Source: Thalassobaculaceae bacterium (GTDB lineage Bacteria; Pseudomonadota; Alphaproteobacteria; Thalassobaculales; Thalassobaculaceae). Taken from it: a stretch of 64,000 bases of DNA. The notes beneath the pieces are model-generated. The model was not told the DNA's origin, did not search any database, and saw nothing but the letters and a program-made list of their open reading frames with translations. How positions within the stretch are numbered: position 1 is the first letter of the stretch; the number at the start of each line of letters is the position of its first letter. The DNA is taken from assembly GCA_963665555.2 (NCBI GenBank), contig CAXXXW010000001.1, positions 1,914-65,913 of the forward strand, given 5' to 3'. Of the stretch, positions 49,354 to 58,644 are shown piece by piece. The position numbers were made by a program, and so were the translations under genes.

Positions 49354-50643
49354 CTAATGCGCGACGCCCGCGGCGCCGTGCTCGTCGATCAGGTAGCCGC
49401 CGGCGAAACGGTCGAGCGAGAAGGGCGCGGCGATAGCGTTCGGCGCGTCGCGCGCCACCAGGTCGGCGAACACATGGCCGGAGCCGGGCGTCGCCTTGAA
49501 CCCGCCCGTGCCCCAGCCGCAGTTGAAGTACAGGTTCCGCACCGGCGTCCGCGACAGGATCGGCGAGGCGTCCGGGCAGGTGTCCACGATCCCGCCCCAG
49601 GAGCGCAGCATCGACAGCCGCGACAGGGCGGGGAACAGTTCGACCGCCGCCGCCAGCATGTTCTCGACGATGTTCAGGCTGCCGCGCTGGGTGTAGGCGT
49701 TGTAGGAGTCCGTTCCCGCGCCGAGCACCATTTCGCCCTTGTCGGACTGGCTGATGTACATGTGCACGGCGTTCGACATGATCACCACGTCGAGGATCGG
49801 CTTGATCGGCTCGGAGACCAGGGCCTGCAGGGGCCGGCTCACGACCGGCAGGCGGAAGCCGGCCATGTCCGCGACCGCGCCGGCGTGCCCGGCGACGACG
49901 CAGGCGACCTTGCGCGCGCGGATCGGCCCCCGTTCTGTCTCGACGCCCTTGACCGTCCCGTCCTCGATGCGGAAGCCGGTGACGGCGCAATTCTCGACGA
50001 TGTCGACGCCGAGGCCGTCGGCCGCCCGCGCGTAGCCCCAGGCCACCGCGTCGTGGCGCGCCGTGCCGCCGCGGCGCTGGATGAACCCCCCCATGACCGG
50101 GTAGCGCAGCTTCGGGTCGATGTCGATAAGGGGGACCAGCCGCTTGATTCCCGCCGGCGTCAGCACTTCGGAGTCGATCCCGTTCAGCCGGATCGCCTCC
50201 ACCCGCCGCGTCATCTCCTTCGCCTCGTGCTCCGAATGCGCCAGCGTGAGCACGCCGCGCGGGCTGAACATGGTGTTGAAGTTGAGCTCCCGGCTCAGCC
50301 CCTCCCACAGCTTTAGCGAATGCTCGTAGATCGCCGCGCTCTCGTCCCAGAGGTAGTTGGAGCGGATGATCGTGGTGTTGCGCCCGGTGTTGCCGCCGCC
50401 GAGCCAGCCCTTGTCCAGCACCGCGATGTCGCGCACGCCGTGCAGCCTGGCGAGGTAGTAGGCGGTCGCCAGCCCGTGGCCGCCGGCCCCGACGATAACG
50501 ACCTCGTATTCCCGCTTCGGCTCGGGGGAGCGCCAGGCCCGCTCCCAGTTCGCGTGGCCCGCGCGCGCGTGGCGCGCGAGGTCCAGAAAGGAGTAGCGCT
50601 GCTTGCCCGCCGGCGCGCCCCCGCCTCCGATCCACGCCTTCAT
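49354..50643 (-). CDS. soxB: Sarcosine oxidase subunit beta.
   Basis: [49 protein letters not shown]. Confidence 0.92.
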   Translation of the reverse strand: MKAWIGGGGAPAGKQRYSFLDLARHARAGHANWERAWRSPEPKREYEVVIVGAGGHGLATAYYLARLHGVRDIAVLDKGWLGGGNTGRNTTIIRSNYLWDESAAIYEHSLKLWEGLSRELNFNTMFSPRGVLTLAHSEHEAKEMTRRVEAIRLNGIDSEVLTPAGIKRLVPLIDIDPKLRYPVMGGFIQRRGGTARHDAVAWGYARAADGLGVDIVENCAVTGFRIEDGTVKGVETERGPIRARKVACVVAGHAGAVADMAGFRLPVVSRPLQALVSEPIKPILDVVIMSNAVHMYISQSDKGEMVLGAGTDSYNAYTQRGSLNIVENMLAAAVELFPALSRLSMLRSWGGIVDTCPDASPILSRTPVRNLYFNCGWGTGGFKATPGSGHVFADLVARDAPNAIAAPFSLDRFAGGYLIDEHGAAGVAH

Positions 50644-50776
50644 CGGCCGGTTCCCCCGCCGCCGCGCCGCCCCGTCGGCGCGGACCCTACGCCGCCGGCG
50701 CCGGCGCGATGGCCGTGGCGCGACATCCGCTGGCGGCGGAGCGACTCCCGGCGGCGGCCCGGCACGGCCACGGCGC

Positions 50777-51247
50777 CTAGCCGTCCACCGGGCGGACCTT
50801 GACCGTCGCGCCGTCCACCCGGACGATCTCGACCAGCGCGGCGGCGGCGATGGTCTCGCCGGTCTCGGATTCGGCCGTCCACCAGGTGTCGTCGAGGCGC
50901 ACGCGGCCGCGCCCGTTCTCCAGCGCCTCGCCGAGCCGCAGCCGGCGGCCGCTGTAGAGGCGGCCGCGCGAATTGACCAGCAGCGGCCCGTCGCCGCCCC
51001 GGTACTTCCGCAGCGCGGCGCGGCCGATCGCCGTGGCGGCGACCGAGAGCGCCGCGAAGGCCAGCACCTGCAGGCGCCAGTCCAGTTCCGGCTCCAGCCA
51101 CACCGCGAGCGCGGTCGCGCCCGCCGCCGCCGCCGGGAAGAGCAGGAAGAAGGACATGCTCGTCAGCTCGAACCCGGCCAGGATCGCGGCGAGGGTGAGC
51201 CAGTGCCACGGCGTCGGCTCCAGCAGCCAGGCGAGGTATTCGTCCAT
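50777..51247 (-). CDS. NfeD-family membrane protein, the usual partner of SPFH/stomatin.
   Basis: Three N-terminal TM helices and a C-terminal OB-like soluble domain [29 protein letters not shown]. Immediately downstream of the SPFH gene. Confidence 0.8.
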   Translation of the reverse strand: MDEYLAWLLEPTPWHWLTLAAILAGFELTSMSFFLLFPAAAAGATALAVWLEPELDWRLQVLAFAALSVAATAIGRAALRKYRGGDGPLLVNSRGRLYSGRRLRLGEALENGRGRVRLDDTWWTAESETGETIAAAALVEIVRVDGATVKVRPVDG

Positions 51248-51280
51248 CCCGCGGGCCTCCTCGGGGCCGTTCCGGGCCGG

Positions 51281-52382
51281 TCAGCCCCAGGGCCGCGCCG
51301 CCGCCCCGCCCTCGCCGGAGGGCGCGCCGCGCGGCGGCGGCGGCGGGACCGCGCGCCGGCCCGGCCCGGGCGCCGCGCCGCCGTTGCCGCCGCCGGCTCC
51401 GCCGTCCTTGCCGCCGCCCGGCTCGCCGCCGAAGGCGCTCCTGGCGAGTTCGGCGATCCCGGCGACGCTGCCGATCAGGTTCGCGGCCTCCAGCGGCATC
51501 ATCACGACCTTCTGGTTGTCGGCCGACGCGACCTTCTCCAGGGCCTCGGCGTAGCGCTGGGCGACGAAATAGTTGATGGCGTGGAGGTTGCCCGTCTCGA
51601 TGGCGTCGGAGACCGCGGTGGTGGCCCTGGCCTCGGCGTCGGCGGCGCGTTCGCGGGCCTCGGCGTCGCGGAAGGCGGCCTCGCGCCGCCCCTCGGCCTC
51701 CAGGATCTGCGACGCCTTCTCGCCCTCGGCGCGCAGGATGGCGGCCTGTTTCTCGCCCTCGGCCTGGAGGATTTCGGCGCGCTTCTGGCGTTCGGCCATC
51801 ATCTGCTGGTTCATCGCCAGCGTGAGGTCGCGCGGCGGCGTCAGGTCCTTGATCTCCACCCGCGTCACCTTCACCCCCCCAGGGGTTGGTGGCGAGGTCG
51901 ATGACGCGCAGCAGGCGCTCGTTGATCTCGTCGCGCCGGGAGAGCACGTCGTCCAGCGCCATGCCGCCGATCACCGAGCGGATGTTGGTCATCGACAGGT
52001 TGGTGATCGCCTGGCGCAGGTCGTTCACCTCGTAGGCCGCCCGGGCCGCGTCCATCACCTGGTAGAAGGTCACGGCGTCGGTCGAGACGGTGGCGTTGTC
52101 GAGCGTGATCACGTCCTGGCTCGGAACGTCGAGCACCGTTTCGCGCATCGACTGCTTCTGCGGCTCGCCCACGCGCTCGATGAAGGGGAGGATCAGGTGC
52201 AGGCCGGGCCGGAGCGTGCGCGTGTAGCGCCCGAACCGCTCGACCGGCCATTCCGAGGCCTGGGGCACGATCTGGACCGCCTTGCGCACGAGGATCAGCG
52301 CGACGATCAGCGCCGCGACGACGAAGATCAGGAACGGGCTGGGCGCGAACAGGCCGAGGAGGTCGCCGAGGTCGAGGGACAT
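51281..52382 (-). pseudogene. SPFH/band-7 (stomatin/QmcA-like) protein. The frame is broken by a 1-nt insertion in a 7-nt C/G homopolymer at 51874-51880.
   Basis: The N-terminal part MSLDLGDLLGLFAPSPFLIFVVAAL...[10 protein letters not shown] reads in one frame. It continues [36 protein letters not shown]... in the frame of ORF 51281..51874. The 1102-nt span equals 3n+1. Confidence 0.85.
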
Positions 52383-52607
52383 GGGGCCGCTCCCGCGCGA
52401 AAGGCCGCGCCGCCGGGGCGGCGGCGCAGGTCGCCCGTATATGTAATCCGTTCCGCGCGGTTCCGCCAGCGCGTCGCGCGGCGACGGAGCGGCGCCCGCC
52501 GCGCGGGCGAGACGGCGGCGCGGCGAACGCGCGACCCCGGCGCTGGCCAGGGGGCGGCGCGGCGGATAGACTTCGGCTCCCCGCCACAACCGGAGACGCG
52601 AGGGAAC

Positions 52608-53762
52608 ATGATCTCCATCGACGCCGCCTTCGACGGCGGCAACATCGAGGTTCTGCGGGCCGACGACCCGGCCGACATCCGCCTCGCCATCCGCAAGGAC
52701 AGCGAGGCCGATTTTTACCAGTGGTTCTCGTTCCGCGTCTCCGGCGCGCGCGGCGTCGATCTCGCGTTGCGCATCGAGAACGCGGGCGGGGCCAGCTACC
52801 CGCGCGGCTGGGAGGGCTACCGCGCCGTCGCCTCGACGGACCGCCGCCGCTGGCTGCGCGTCCCGACGGACTACGCCGGCGGCGCGCTGACGATTCGCCA
52901 CCGGCCTGAGAGCGACGCGGTCCACTACGCCTATTTCGCGCCCTACTCGATGGAGCGTCACGCGGACCTGGTGGCGCGCTGCCAGGCCGCCGAGGGGGTG
53001 GCGCTGTCCACGCCGGGAACCACCGCGCTCGGCCGGCCGATCGACATCCTGCGCTTCGGGGAGCCGGACGCGGCCCGGCCGTCGATCTGGGCGATCGCGC
53101 GCCAGCATCCGGGCGAGACCATGGCCGAATGGTTCATGGAGGGTTTCCTCGACCGGCTGGTCGACGCCGAGGACGGGGCCGCCCGCGCGCTGCGCGAGCG
53201 CGCCGCGATCCACGCCGTCCCCAACATGAACCCGGACGGCGGCGCGCTCGGCAACCTGCGGGTCAACTCCCGGGGCGCCAACCTCAACCGCGAATGGGAG
53301 GCGCCGAGCCTGGAGCGCAGCCCGGAAGTGTTCCATGTGCGCGAGGCGATGCGCCGGACCGGGGTCGATCTCTGCCTCGACGTGCATGGCGACGAGGCGA
53401 TGCCCTACAACTTCATCGTCGGCCTCGACGGGATCGCGGAGGCCAGCCCGGCCCAGCGCGCCACCGTCCGGCGCTTCGCCGGCGCGCTCGCCGACCTCAA
53501 CCCGGACTTCCAGACCGCGCGCGGCTACCCGCCGGCCAGGCCCGGCCAGGGGCTGACCACGACCTGCACCGGCTGGCTCGGCAAGCATCTCGGCGCGGCG
53601 TCGATGACGCTGGAGATGCCGTTCAAGGACGCCGCCAACGCGCCGGACGAACGGGTCGGCTGGTCGCCCGGCCGGGCCATGGCGCTCGGCCGCTCGTCGA
53701 TCGAGGCGATGCTGGCGGTGATGGCGTACCTGCCGCTGCCGCGCGGCGGAGCGGAGGGGTAG
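52608..53762 (+). CDS. M14-family zinc carboxypeptidase-like protein.
   Basis: Zn motif ARQHPGETMAEW (HxxE), NPDG, NLNREW, distal His LDVHGDE. The N-terminal pre-domain is typical of cytosolic-carboxypeptidase-like M14 members. Confidence 0.75.
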   Translation: MISIDAAFDGGNIEVLRADDPADIRLAIRKDSEADFYQWFSFRVSGARGVDLALRIENAGGASYPRGWEGYRAVASTDRRRWLRVPTDYAGGALTIRHRPESDAVHYAYFAPYSMERHADLVARCQAAEGVALSTPGTTALGRPIDILRFGEPDAARPSIWAIARQHPGETMAEWFMEGFLDRLVDAEDGAARALRERAAIHAVPNMNPDGGALGNLRVNSRGANLNREWEAPSLERSPEVFHVREAMRRTGVDLCLDVHGDEAMPYNFIVGLDGIAEASPAQRATVRRFAGALADLNPDFQTARGYPPARPGQGLTTTCTGWLGKHLGAASMTLEMPFKDAANAPDERVGWSPGRAMALGRSSIEAMLAVMAYLPLPRGGAEG

Positions 53763-54125
53763 ATGCTCGTCGTCCACGGCCTCGCGAATTGCGACGCCTG
53801 CCGCAAGGCGCGCAAACGGCTCGAACGCGCCGGGGCCGCGCACCGTTTCCACGACCTGCGCAAGGACGGGCTGGACCGCGAAACGGCCGAGGCGTGGCTC
53901 GCCGCGATCGGGCCGGAGCGGCTGGTCAACCGGCGGAGCGCGACCTGGCGCGGCCTGCCGGAGGCCGAGCGGGCGCGGCTCGACGCCGATCCGGCGGGGC
54001 TGCTGTGCGCGCATCCGACGCTGGCCAGGCGGCCGGTGATCGACCTCGGCGGCGCGTGGATCGCGGGTTTCGACGCCGCCGCCGCCGCCGCCCTCGACGC
54101 GCGCCTGGCGGAGCGCGGGGCGTAG
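53763..54125 (+). CDS. ArsC/Spx/MgsR-family (YffB-like) thioredoxin-fold protein.
   Basis: 120 aa. MLVVHGLANCDACRKARKRL, NRRSATWRGL. The ATG directly abuts the upstream TAG. Confidence 0.75.
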   Translation: MLVVHGLANCDACRKARKRLERAGAAHRFHDLRKDGLDRETAEAWLAAIGPERLVNRRSATWRGLPEAERARLDADPAGLLCAHPTLARRPVIDLGGAWIAGFDAAAAAALDARLAERGA

Positions 54126-54177
54126 CGCCGCCGCGCGCCTTCCCGCCCGGCCCGGAATCGGGCATTGTAACCCGGCC

Positions 54178-54489
54178 ATGGCCCCGCGCATCGACATCCC
54201 GGCGGACCGGATCGCCGCCTTTTGCGAACGCTGGAAGATCGCCGACCTCTCCCTGTTCGGCTCCGTCCTGCGCGACGATTTCGGTCCCGACAGCGATGTG
54301 GACGTGCTTGTCGGTTTCCGCGACGACGCGCGGCACGGCTTCGCCGAACTGGCCGACATGGAGGAGGAGTTGAAGGCCCTATTCGGCCGCGAGGTGGACC
54401 TGGTCCAGCGCGCCGTCGTCGAGAAAAGCCCGAACTGGATCCGCCGCAAATCGATCCTCGGCTCCGCGGAGCTCGTCCATGGATCGTGA
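54178..54489 (+). CDS. mntA: MntA-type nucleotidyltransferase antitoxin (type VII TA, minimal NTase).
   Basis: NTase signature LFGSVLRDDFGPDSDVDVLV (GSxxR...DxD). 103 aa. Overlaps the HEPN gene by 11 nt. Confidence 0.85.
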   Translation: MAPRIDIPADRIAAFCERWKIADLSLFGSVLRDDFGPDSDVDVLVGFRDDARHGFAELADMEEELKALFGREVDLVQRAVVEKSPNWIRRKSILGSAELVHGS

Positions 54490-54820
54490 CCTCGGGCACG
54501 TTTTCGACATCGTTTCGTCGGCGCGCCTGGCGCGGAAGTACGTTAACGGGGCGACCTACAACGAATTCATCGAGGACACGCGAATGCAAGACGCGGTCGT
54601 GAGGCGCCTCGAAATCATCGGCGAGGCGGCGGGCCGGCTTTCTCCGGGGTTCAGGCGGGAGCACGACGAAATTCCTTGGAACGAGATCAGGGGGATGCGC
54701 AACCGGGCGATCCACGGTTACGAAAAGCTCGACCTGGACATCGTTTGGACGGTCGCGCGGGAACGGCTCGCGACCCTCATCGCCCGTCTCGAACCCCTGC
54801 TTCCCCCGGAGGAGGAATGA
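54479..54820 (+). CDS. hepT: HepT-type HEPN (DUF86) RNase toxin.
   Basis: HEPN Rx4-6H motif MRNRAIHGY. 113 aa. Canonical MNT-HEPN gene order. Confidence 0.85.
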   Translation: MDRDLGHVFDIVSSARLARKYVNGATYNEFIEDTRMQDAVVRRLEIIGEAAGRLSPGFRREHDEIPWNEIRGMRNRAIHGYEKLDLDIVWTVARERLATLIARLEPLLPPEEE

Positions 54821-55944
54821 GAACCGCCGACGTCATCGTGGTCGGCGGCGGGCTGGTCGGCGCGGCGCTGGCGCGGGGGATGGCGCGGGCGGGCGCGGAG
54901 GTTCTCCTGCTCGACGAGGGCGACGACGCCTTCCGCGCCTCGCGCGGCAATTTCGGGCTGGTCTGGGTGCAGTCCAAGGGCGACGGCATGGGCGAATACG
55001 CCCGCTGGTCGCGGCTCTCCTCCGACCTCTGGCCCGGCTTCGCGGCCGAGCTGCGCGAGGAAACCGGGATCGACGCCGGCCACCGCCGCCCCGGCGGTCT
55101 GGAGCTCTGCCTCGACGAGGCGGAGTGCGAGGCCCACGCCGTCTCGATCGCGCGGATGCACAACCAGCCGGGCGGCGCCAACGACCGCCGCGTCGTCGAC
55201 GGCGGCGAGGTCCGCCGGATGGAGCCGGCGGTCGGGCCGGAGGTCGTCGGCGCGTCGTTCTGCCCGCACGACGGGGCGGTCGATCCGCTGGCCGCGCTGC
55301 GCGCGCTGCACCGGAGCGCGGCCGCCGCCGGCGCCGCCTTCCTCGCCGAACGCCGCGTCGAACGCATCCTTCCCGAACGCGGCGGCTTCCGGGTCGAGAC
55401 CGCGCGCGAGGCGTTCTCCGCCGGCCGGGTCGTCGTGGCGGCCGGAAACGGGACCCCGCCGCTCGCCGCGCAAATCGGCATCGACGTCCCGGTCGCGCCG
55501 GAGCGCGGCCACATCCTGGTCACCGAGCGGGTCCGGCCGCTGTTCCGCCATGTGCTGGGCCAGGTCCGCCAGACCCCGCAGGGCACGGTCATGCTCGGCG
55601 CGACGAGGGAGTCGGTGGGGTTCGATGTCGGCTTCAACCCGGAAATGGCGCGCGCGATCGCCGCGCGGGCGGTCCGCAAGGTTCCGGCGCTGGAGGGGCT
55701 GCGCGTCGTGCGCGGCTGGAGCGCGCTCAGGATCATGCCGGCCGACGGCTTCCCGATCTACGGCGAATCGGAGGCGCATCCCGGCGCCTTCGCCGCGACC
55801 TGCCACAGCGGCGTCACCCTGGCGGCGGCGCACGCGCTGCGCCTCGCGCCGAAATTGCTGGAGCCGGGCCTGGAGGAGGAATTCCCGGCGTTCTCGCCCC
55901 GGAGGTTCGATGTTTCGCAGACTGTCCGGCCCGCCCAGGCCTAG
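54817..55944 (+). CDS. FAD-dependent oxidoreductase, beta-type subunit (HcnC / OoxB / LhpB-like, DAO family).
   Basis: DVIVVGGGLVGAALA dinucleotide fold, RASRGNFGLV, CHSGVTLA. The ATG overlaps the hepT TGA (ATGA). Confidence 0.8.
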   Translation: MRTADVIVVGGGLVGAALARGMARAGAEVLLLDEGDDAFRASRGNFGLVWVQSKGDGMGEYARWSRLSSDLWPGFAAELREETGIDAGHRRPGGLELCLDEAECEAHAVSIARMHNQPGGANDRRVVDGGEVRRMEPAVGPEVVGASFCPHDGAVDPLAALRALHRSAAAAGAAFLAERRVERILPERGGFRVETAREAFSAGRVVVAAGNGTPPLAAQIGIDVPVAPERGHILVTERVRPLFRHVLGQVRQTPQGTVMLGATRESVGFDVGFNPEMARAIAARAVRKVPALEGLRVVRGWSALRIMPADGFPIYGESEAHPGAFAATCHSGVTLAAAHALRLAPKLLEPGLEEEFPAFSPRRFDVSQTVRPAQA

Positions 55945-56206
55945 CGTTTCCCTCCTCTTCGAGGGCGCGGAGGTGGAGGCCCTGGAGGGCGACACGCTGG
56001 CGGCGGCGCTGCTCGCGGCCGGCGTTCCGTTCCGGCGCGAATCGGCGGTCTCGGCCGCGCCGCGCGCGCCGTTCTGCATGATGGGCGCGTGTTTCGAGTG
56101 CCTGGTGGAGATCGACGGCGCGGCCAACCGGCAGGCCTGCCTCGAACCCGTGCGCGAGGGCATGTCGGTCCGCCTCCAGCCGGCGGCGCGCGGGGTCGGG
56201 CCGTGA
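55910..56206 (+). CDS. Small (2Fe-2S)-binding subunit (HcnA / LhpE-like).
   Basis: 98 aa. EGDTLAAALLAAG and PFCMMGACFECLVEIDG. RBS ggagg before the ATG. Overlaps the end of the upstream gene. Confidence 0.75.
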   Translation: MFRRLSGPPRPSVSLLFEGAEVEALEGDTLAAALLAAGVPFRRESAVSAAPRAPFCMMGACFECLVEIDGAANRQACLEPVREGMSVRLQPAARGVGP

Positions 56207-57618
56207 GCGGCGCGGCGGACGCCGTTGTCGTCGGGGCCGGGCCGGCCGGCATGTCGGCCGCGGCCGCGCTCGCCGAGGCGGGGGCGCATACGGTCGTGCT
56301 GGACGAGCAGGCCGGGCCGGGCGGCCAGATCTACCGCGGCATCGAGACGGTGCGTCGGCTGCGGCCCGCCGACATGGCGTTCCTCGGCTCCGCCTACGCG
56401 CGCGGCGCCGGCGTGGTGGAGGCGTTCCGCGCCGTCCGGCTCGACTACCGGCCGGGCGCCGCCGTCTGGCATATCGGCGCGCCGGGCAGGGGCGGGCGGC
56501 GCGATGTGCTGTACAGCCGGGGCGGCGCCGCGGCGCGGGTCTCGGCCCGGTATGTCGTGATCGCGACCGGCGCGCTGGAGCGCCCGGTCCCGGTTCCCGG
56601 CTGGACCCTGCCCGGCGCGATGACCGCCGGCGCGGTGCAGTCGGCGCTGAAGACCTCCGGCGTCTATCCCGCCGGCCGCCCGGTGCTGGCCGGGAGCGGC
56701 CCGCTGCTGCTCCAGCTGGCGGCGCAGCTGCTGGCGGCGCGGGTTCCCGTCGCGGCGATCGTGGACACGACGCCGCCGGGCGGCTGGCGGCGCGCGTTCC
56801 TCCGCCTGCCGGGCGCGCTCGCCGCCGGCCCGTACCTGGCCAGGGGCTGGGAGATGCTGCGGGCCGTCCGCCGGTCCGGCGTCCCGGTCCACGCCGGCGC
56901 GAGCCGCCTCGCCCTTCGGGGCCGCGATCGCGTCGAAGCCGTCGCGTTCCACGCCGGCGGCGGCGAGCGGACCGTCGAAGCCGATGTCGTCGCGCTGCAC
57001 GAGGGCGTGGTCCCGGACACGCACCTTTCCCGCCTCGCCGGCGTCGAACACCGCTGGGACGCGCCGGGGCGCTGCTTCCGCCCGGTCGTCGGCCCCTGGG
57101 GCGAGACCTCGGCGCCCGGCGTTTACATCGCCGGCGACGGCGGCGGGATCGCCGGCGCGGCCGCGGCCGAGCATGGCGGCCGGATCGCCGGGCTGGCCGT
57201 CGCCGAACGGCTCGGCCTTGTCGGGGAGGCGGAGCGCGACTTCCGCGCCGAGGACGCGCGGACGCGCCGGTTCCTCGAACTCGGCCTGCGCCCGTTCCTC
57301 GATCGCTGGTTCCCGCCGCCGGACGCGGCCGGCGCGATCCCGGACGGGGTGGCGGTCTGCCGCTGCGAGGAGACGACCGCGGGCGAGGTTCGCGCGGCGG
57401 TGGCCGAGGGCTGCGCCGGGCCGAACCAGGTCAAGGCCTTCCTGCGTTGCGGCATGGGGCCGTGCCAGGGCCGGATGTGCGCCGCGACCGTGACCGAGAT
57501 CGTCGCGGCGGCGCGCGGGCGAAGCCCGGCCGAGGTCGGGACCTTCCGGGTCCGCCCGCCCGCGCGGGCGGTGACGCTGGCCGAAATCGCCGAAATGGCG
57601 GCGCCCGGCGGCGGCTGA
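56203..57618 (+). CDS. FAD/NAD(P)-binding oxidoreductase, alpha-type subunit (HcnB / OoxA / LhpF-like) with a BFD-like [2Fe-2S] domain.
   Basis: AVVVGAGPAGMSAA, VLAGSGPLLLQLA, YIAGDGGGIAG. BFD-like Cys pattern CRCEETTAGE...LRCGMGPCQGRMC. GTG overlaps the upstream TGA (GTGA). Confidence 0.8.
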   Translation: MSGAADAVVVGAGPAGMSAAAALAEAGAHTVVLDEQAGPGGQIYRGIETVRRLRPADMAFLGSAYARGAGVVEAFRAVRLDYRPGAAVWHIGAPGRGGRRDVLYSRGGAAARVSARYVVIATGALERPVPVPGWTLPGAMTAGAVQSALKTSGVYPAGRPVLAGSGPLLLQLAAQLLAARVPVAAIVDTTPPGGWRRAFLRLPGALAAGPYLARGWEMLRAVRRSGVPVHAGASRLALRGRDRVEAVAFHAGGGERTVEADVVALHEGVVPDTHLSRLAGVEHRWDAPGRCFRPVVGPWGETSAPGVYIAGDGGGIAGAAAAEHGGRIAGLAVAERLGLVGEAERDFRAEDARTRRFLELGLRPFLDRWFPPPDAAGAIPDGVAVCRCEETTAGEVRAAVAEGCAGPNQVKAFLRCGMGPCQGRMCAATVTEIVAAARGRSPAEVGTFRVRPPARAVTLAEIAEMAAPGGG

Positions 57619-57716
57619 GGCGGCCGCCGCGCCGTTTTCGCGCCGAACCGCTTGCCCGCGCCGCCCCGGCCCCGTGTAATGCGGCGCGGAACCGGACGAC
57701 ACGGGAAGGGACCCGG

Positions 57717-58595
57717 ATGAGGGCGCGCCGTCTTTTCGCCTGCCTGGCTTGCGCGGCGCTCGCGCTCGCGTTGCTGGCGACGCGCGCGCCGGCGCGGACG
57801 GAGGGGACGCCGGGCGCGCCGGAGGCCGCGGACGCGATCGACGTCGACCTCCAGCTGGTGCTGGCCGTGGACATTTCCGGCAGCATCGACGCGCTGGAGG
57901 CCCGGCTCCAGCGCGACGGCTATATCCAGGCGCTGCTCGACCCCTATGTCGTGCAAGCGATCCAGCAGGGGCGGCACGGGCGGATCGCGCTCGCCTACAC
58001 CGAATGGGCCGGCCCGCTGAACCAGCGCCTGGTGGTGGACTGGCGCGCGATCGACGGCCCGGAGAGCGCCGCCGCCTTCGCCGCCCTGCTGCGCGAGGCG
58101 CCGCTGGGCGCGGGGCATCGCACCTCGATCAGCAACGCCATCCTCCACGCCGTCGCGCTGTTCCGCCAGGGCGGGTTCCGGGCCGCGCGCAAGGCGATCG
58201 ACATTTCCGGCGACGGGCCGAACAACGGCGGCTTCTATGTGGACGACACCCGCCACCGCGCGGCGGAGCGGGGCATCACGATCAACGGCCTGCCGATCCT
58301 GAACGGCCGCCCGTCGCCGCTCGGCGTGCCGGCGCTGGAGGACATCGACCTGTATTACGAGGACTGCGTGATCGTCGGGCCGGGGGCGTTCATCGTGGTC
58401 GCGGAGACGCCGGAAAGCTTCGCCGCGGCGGTGCGGCGCAAGCTGATCCTCGAAATCTCCGGCCTGCGCCCCCCGCCGCGCCGCGTCGCCGTCCGCGACG
58501 GCGTGGTCCCGGCCCAGGCGTACCGGGGCCTGACCGACTGCGCGATCGGCGAGAAGCGCTACCAGCTGCTGTTGCGCCGCAACGCGGGGAACTGA
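57717..58595 (+). CDS. DUF1194 (vWA-like) secreted protein.
   Basis: Signal peptide MRARRLFACLACAALALALLA. MIDAS-like LAVDISGSID...TSISNAI...IDISGDGPNN. GITINGLPI is typical of DUF1194. Confidence 0.75.
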   Translation: MRARRLFACLACAALALALLATRAPARTEGTPGAPEAADAIDVDLQLVLAVDISGSIDALEARLQRDGYIQALLDPYVVQAIQQGRHGRIALAYTEWAGPLNQRLVVDWRAIDGPESAAAFAALLREAPLGAGHRTSISNAILHAVALFRQGGFRAARKAIDISGDGPNNGGFYVDDTRHRAAERGITINGLPILNGRPSPLGVPALEDIDLYYEDCVIVGPGAFIVVAETPESFAAAVRRKLILEISGLRPPPRRVAVRDGVVPAQAYRGLTDCAIGEKRYQLLLRRNAGN

Positions 58596-58644
58596 GCCGC
58601 CGGGGCGCGCGCGCCGGCCCGCCGCCGCGCCGTGCGCGCCGTCC

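Noticed and set aside
50640-54449. A 1269-aa minus-strand ORF spanning NfeD, SPFH, the M14 peptidase and ArsC.
   Set aside because: It is a composite artefact. Only 51875-52382 (the SPFH N-terminal half) is genuine coding in this frame. Elsewhere it is antisense to, or out of frame with, motif-bearing genes.
54718-57702. A 994-aa minus-strand ORF. The similar 58645..61614 (989 aa), 58632..61535 (967 aa) and 34909..37935 (1008 aa) ORFs fall in the same category.
   Set aside because: Each is antisense to, or out of frame with, genes that have strong family motifs: the flavoenzyme subunits, P450, DMT transporter, FAH and acyl-CoA synthetase. For 58645..61614, only the C-terminal 187 aa (58645-59208) are kept.
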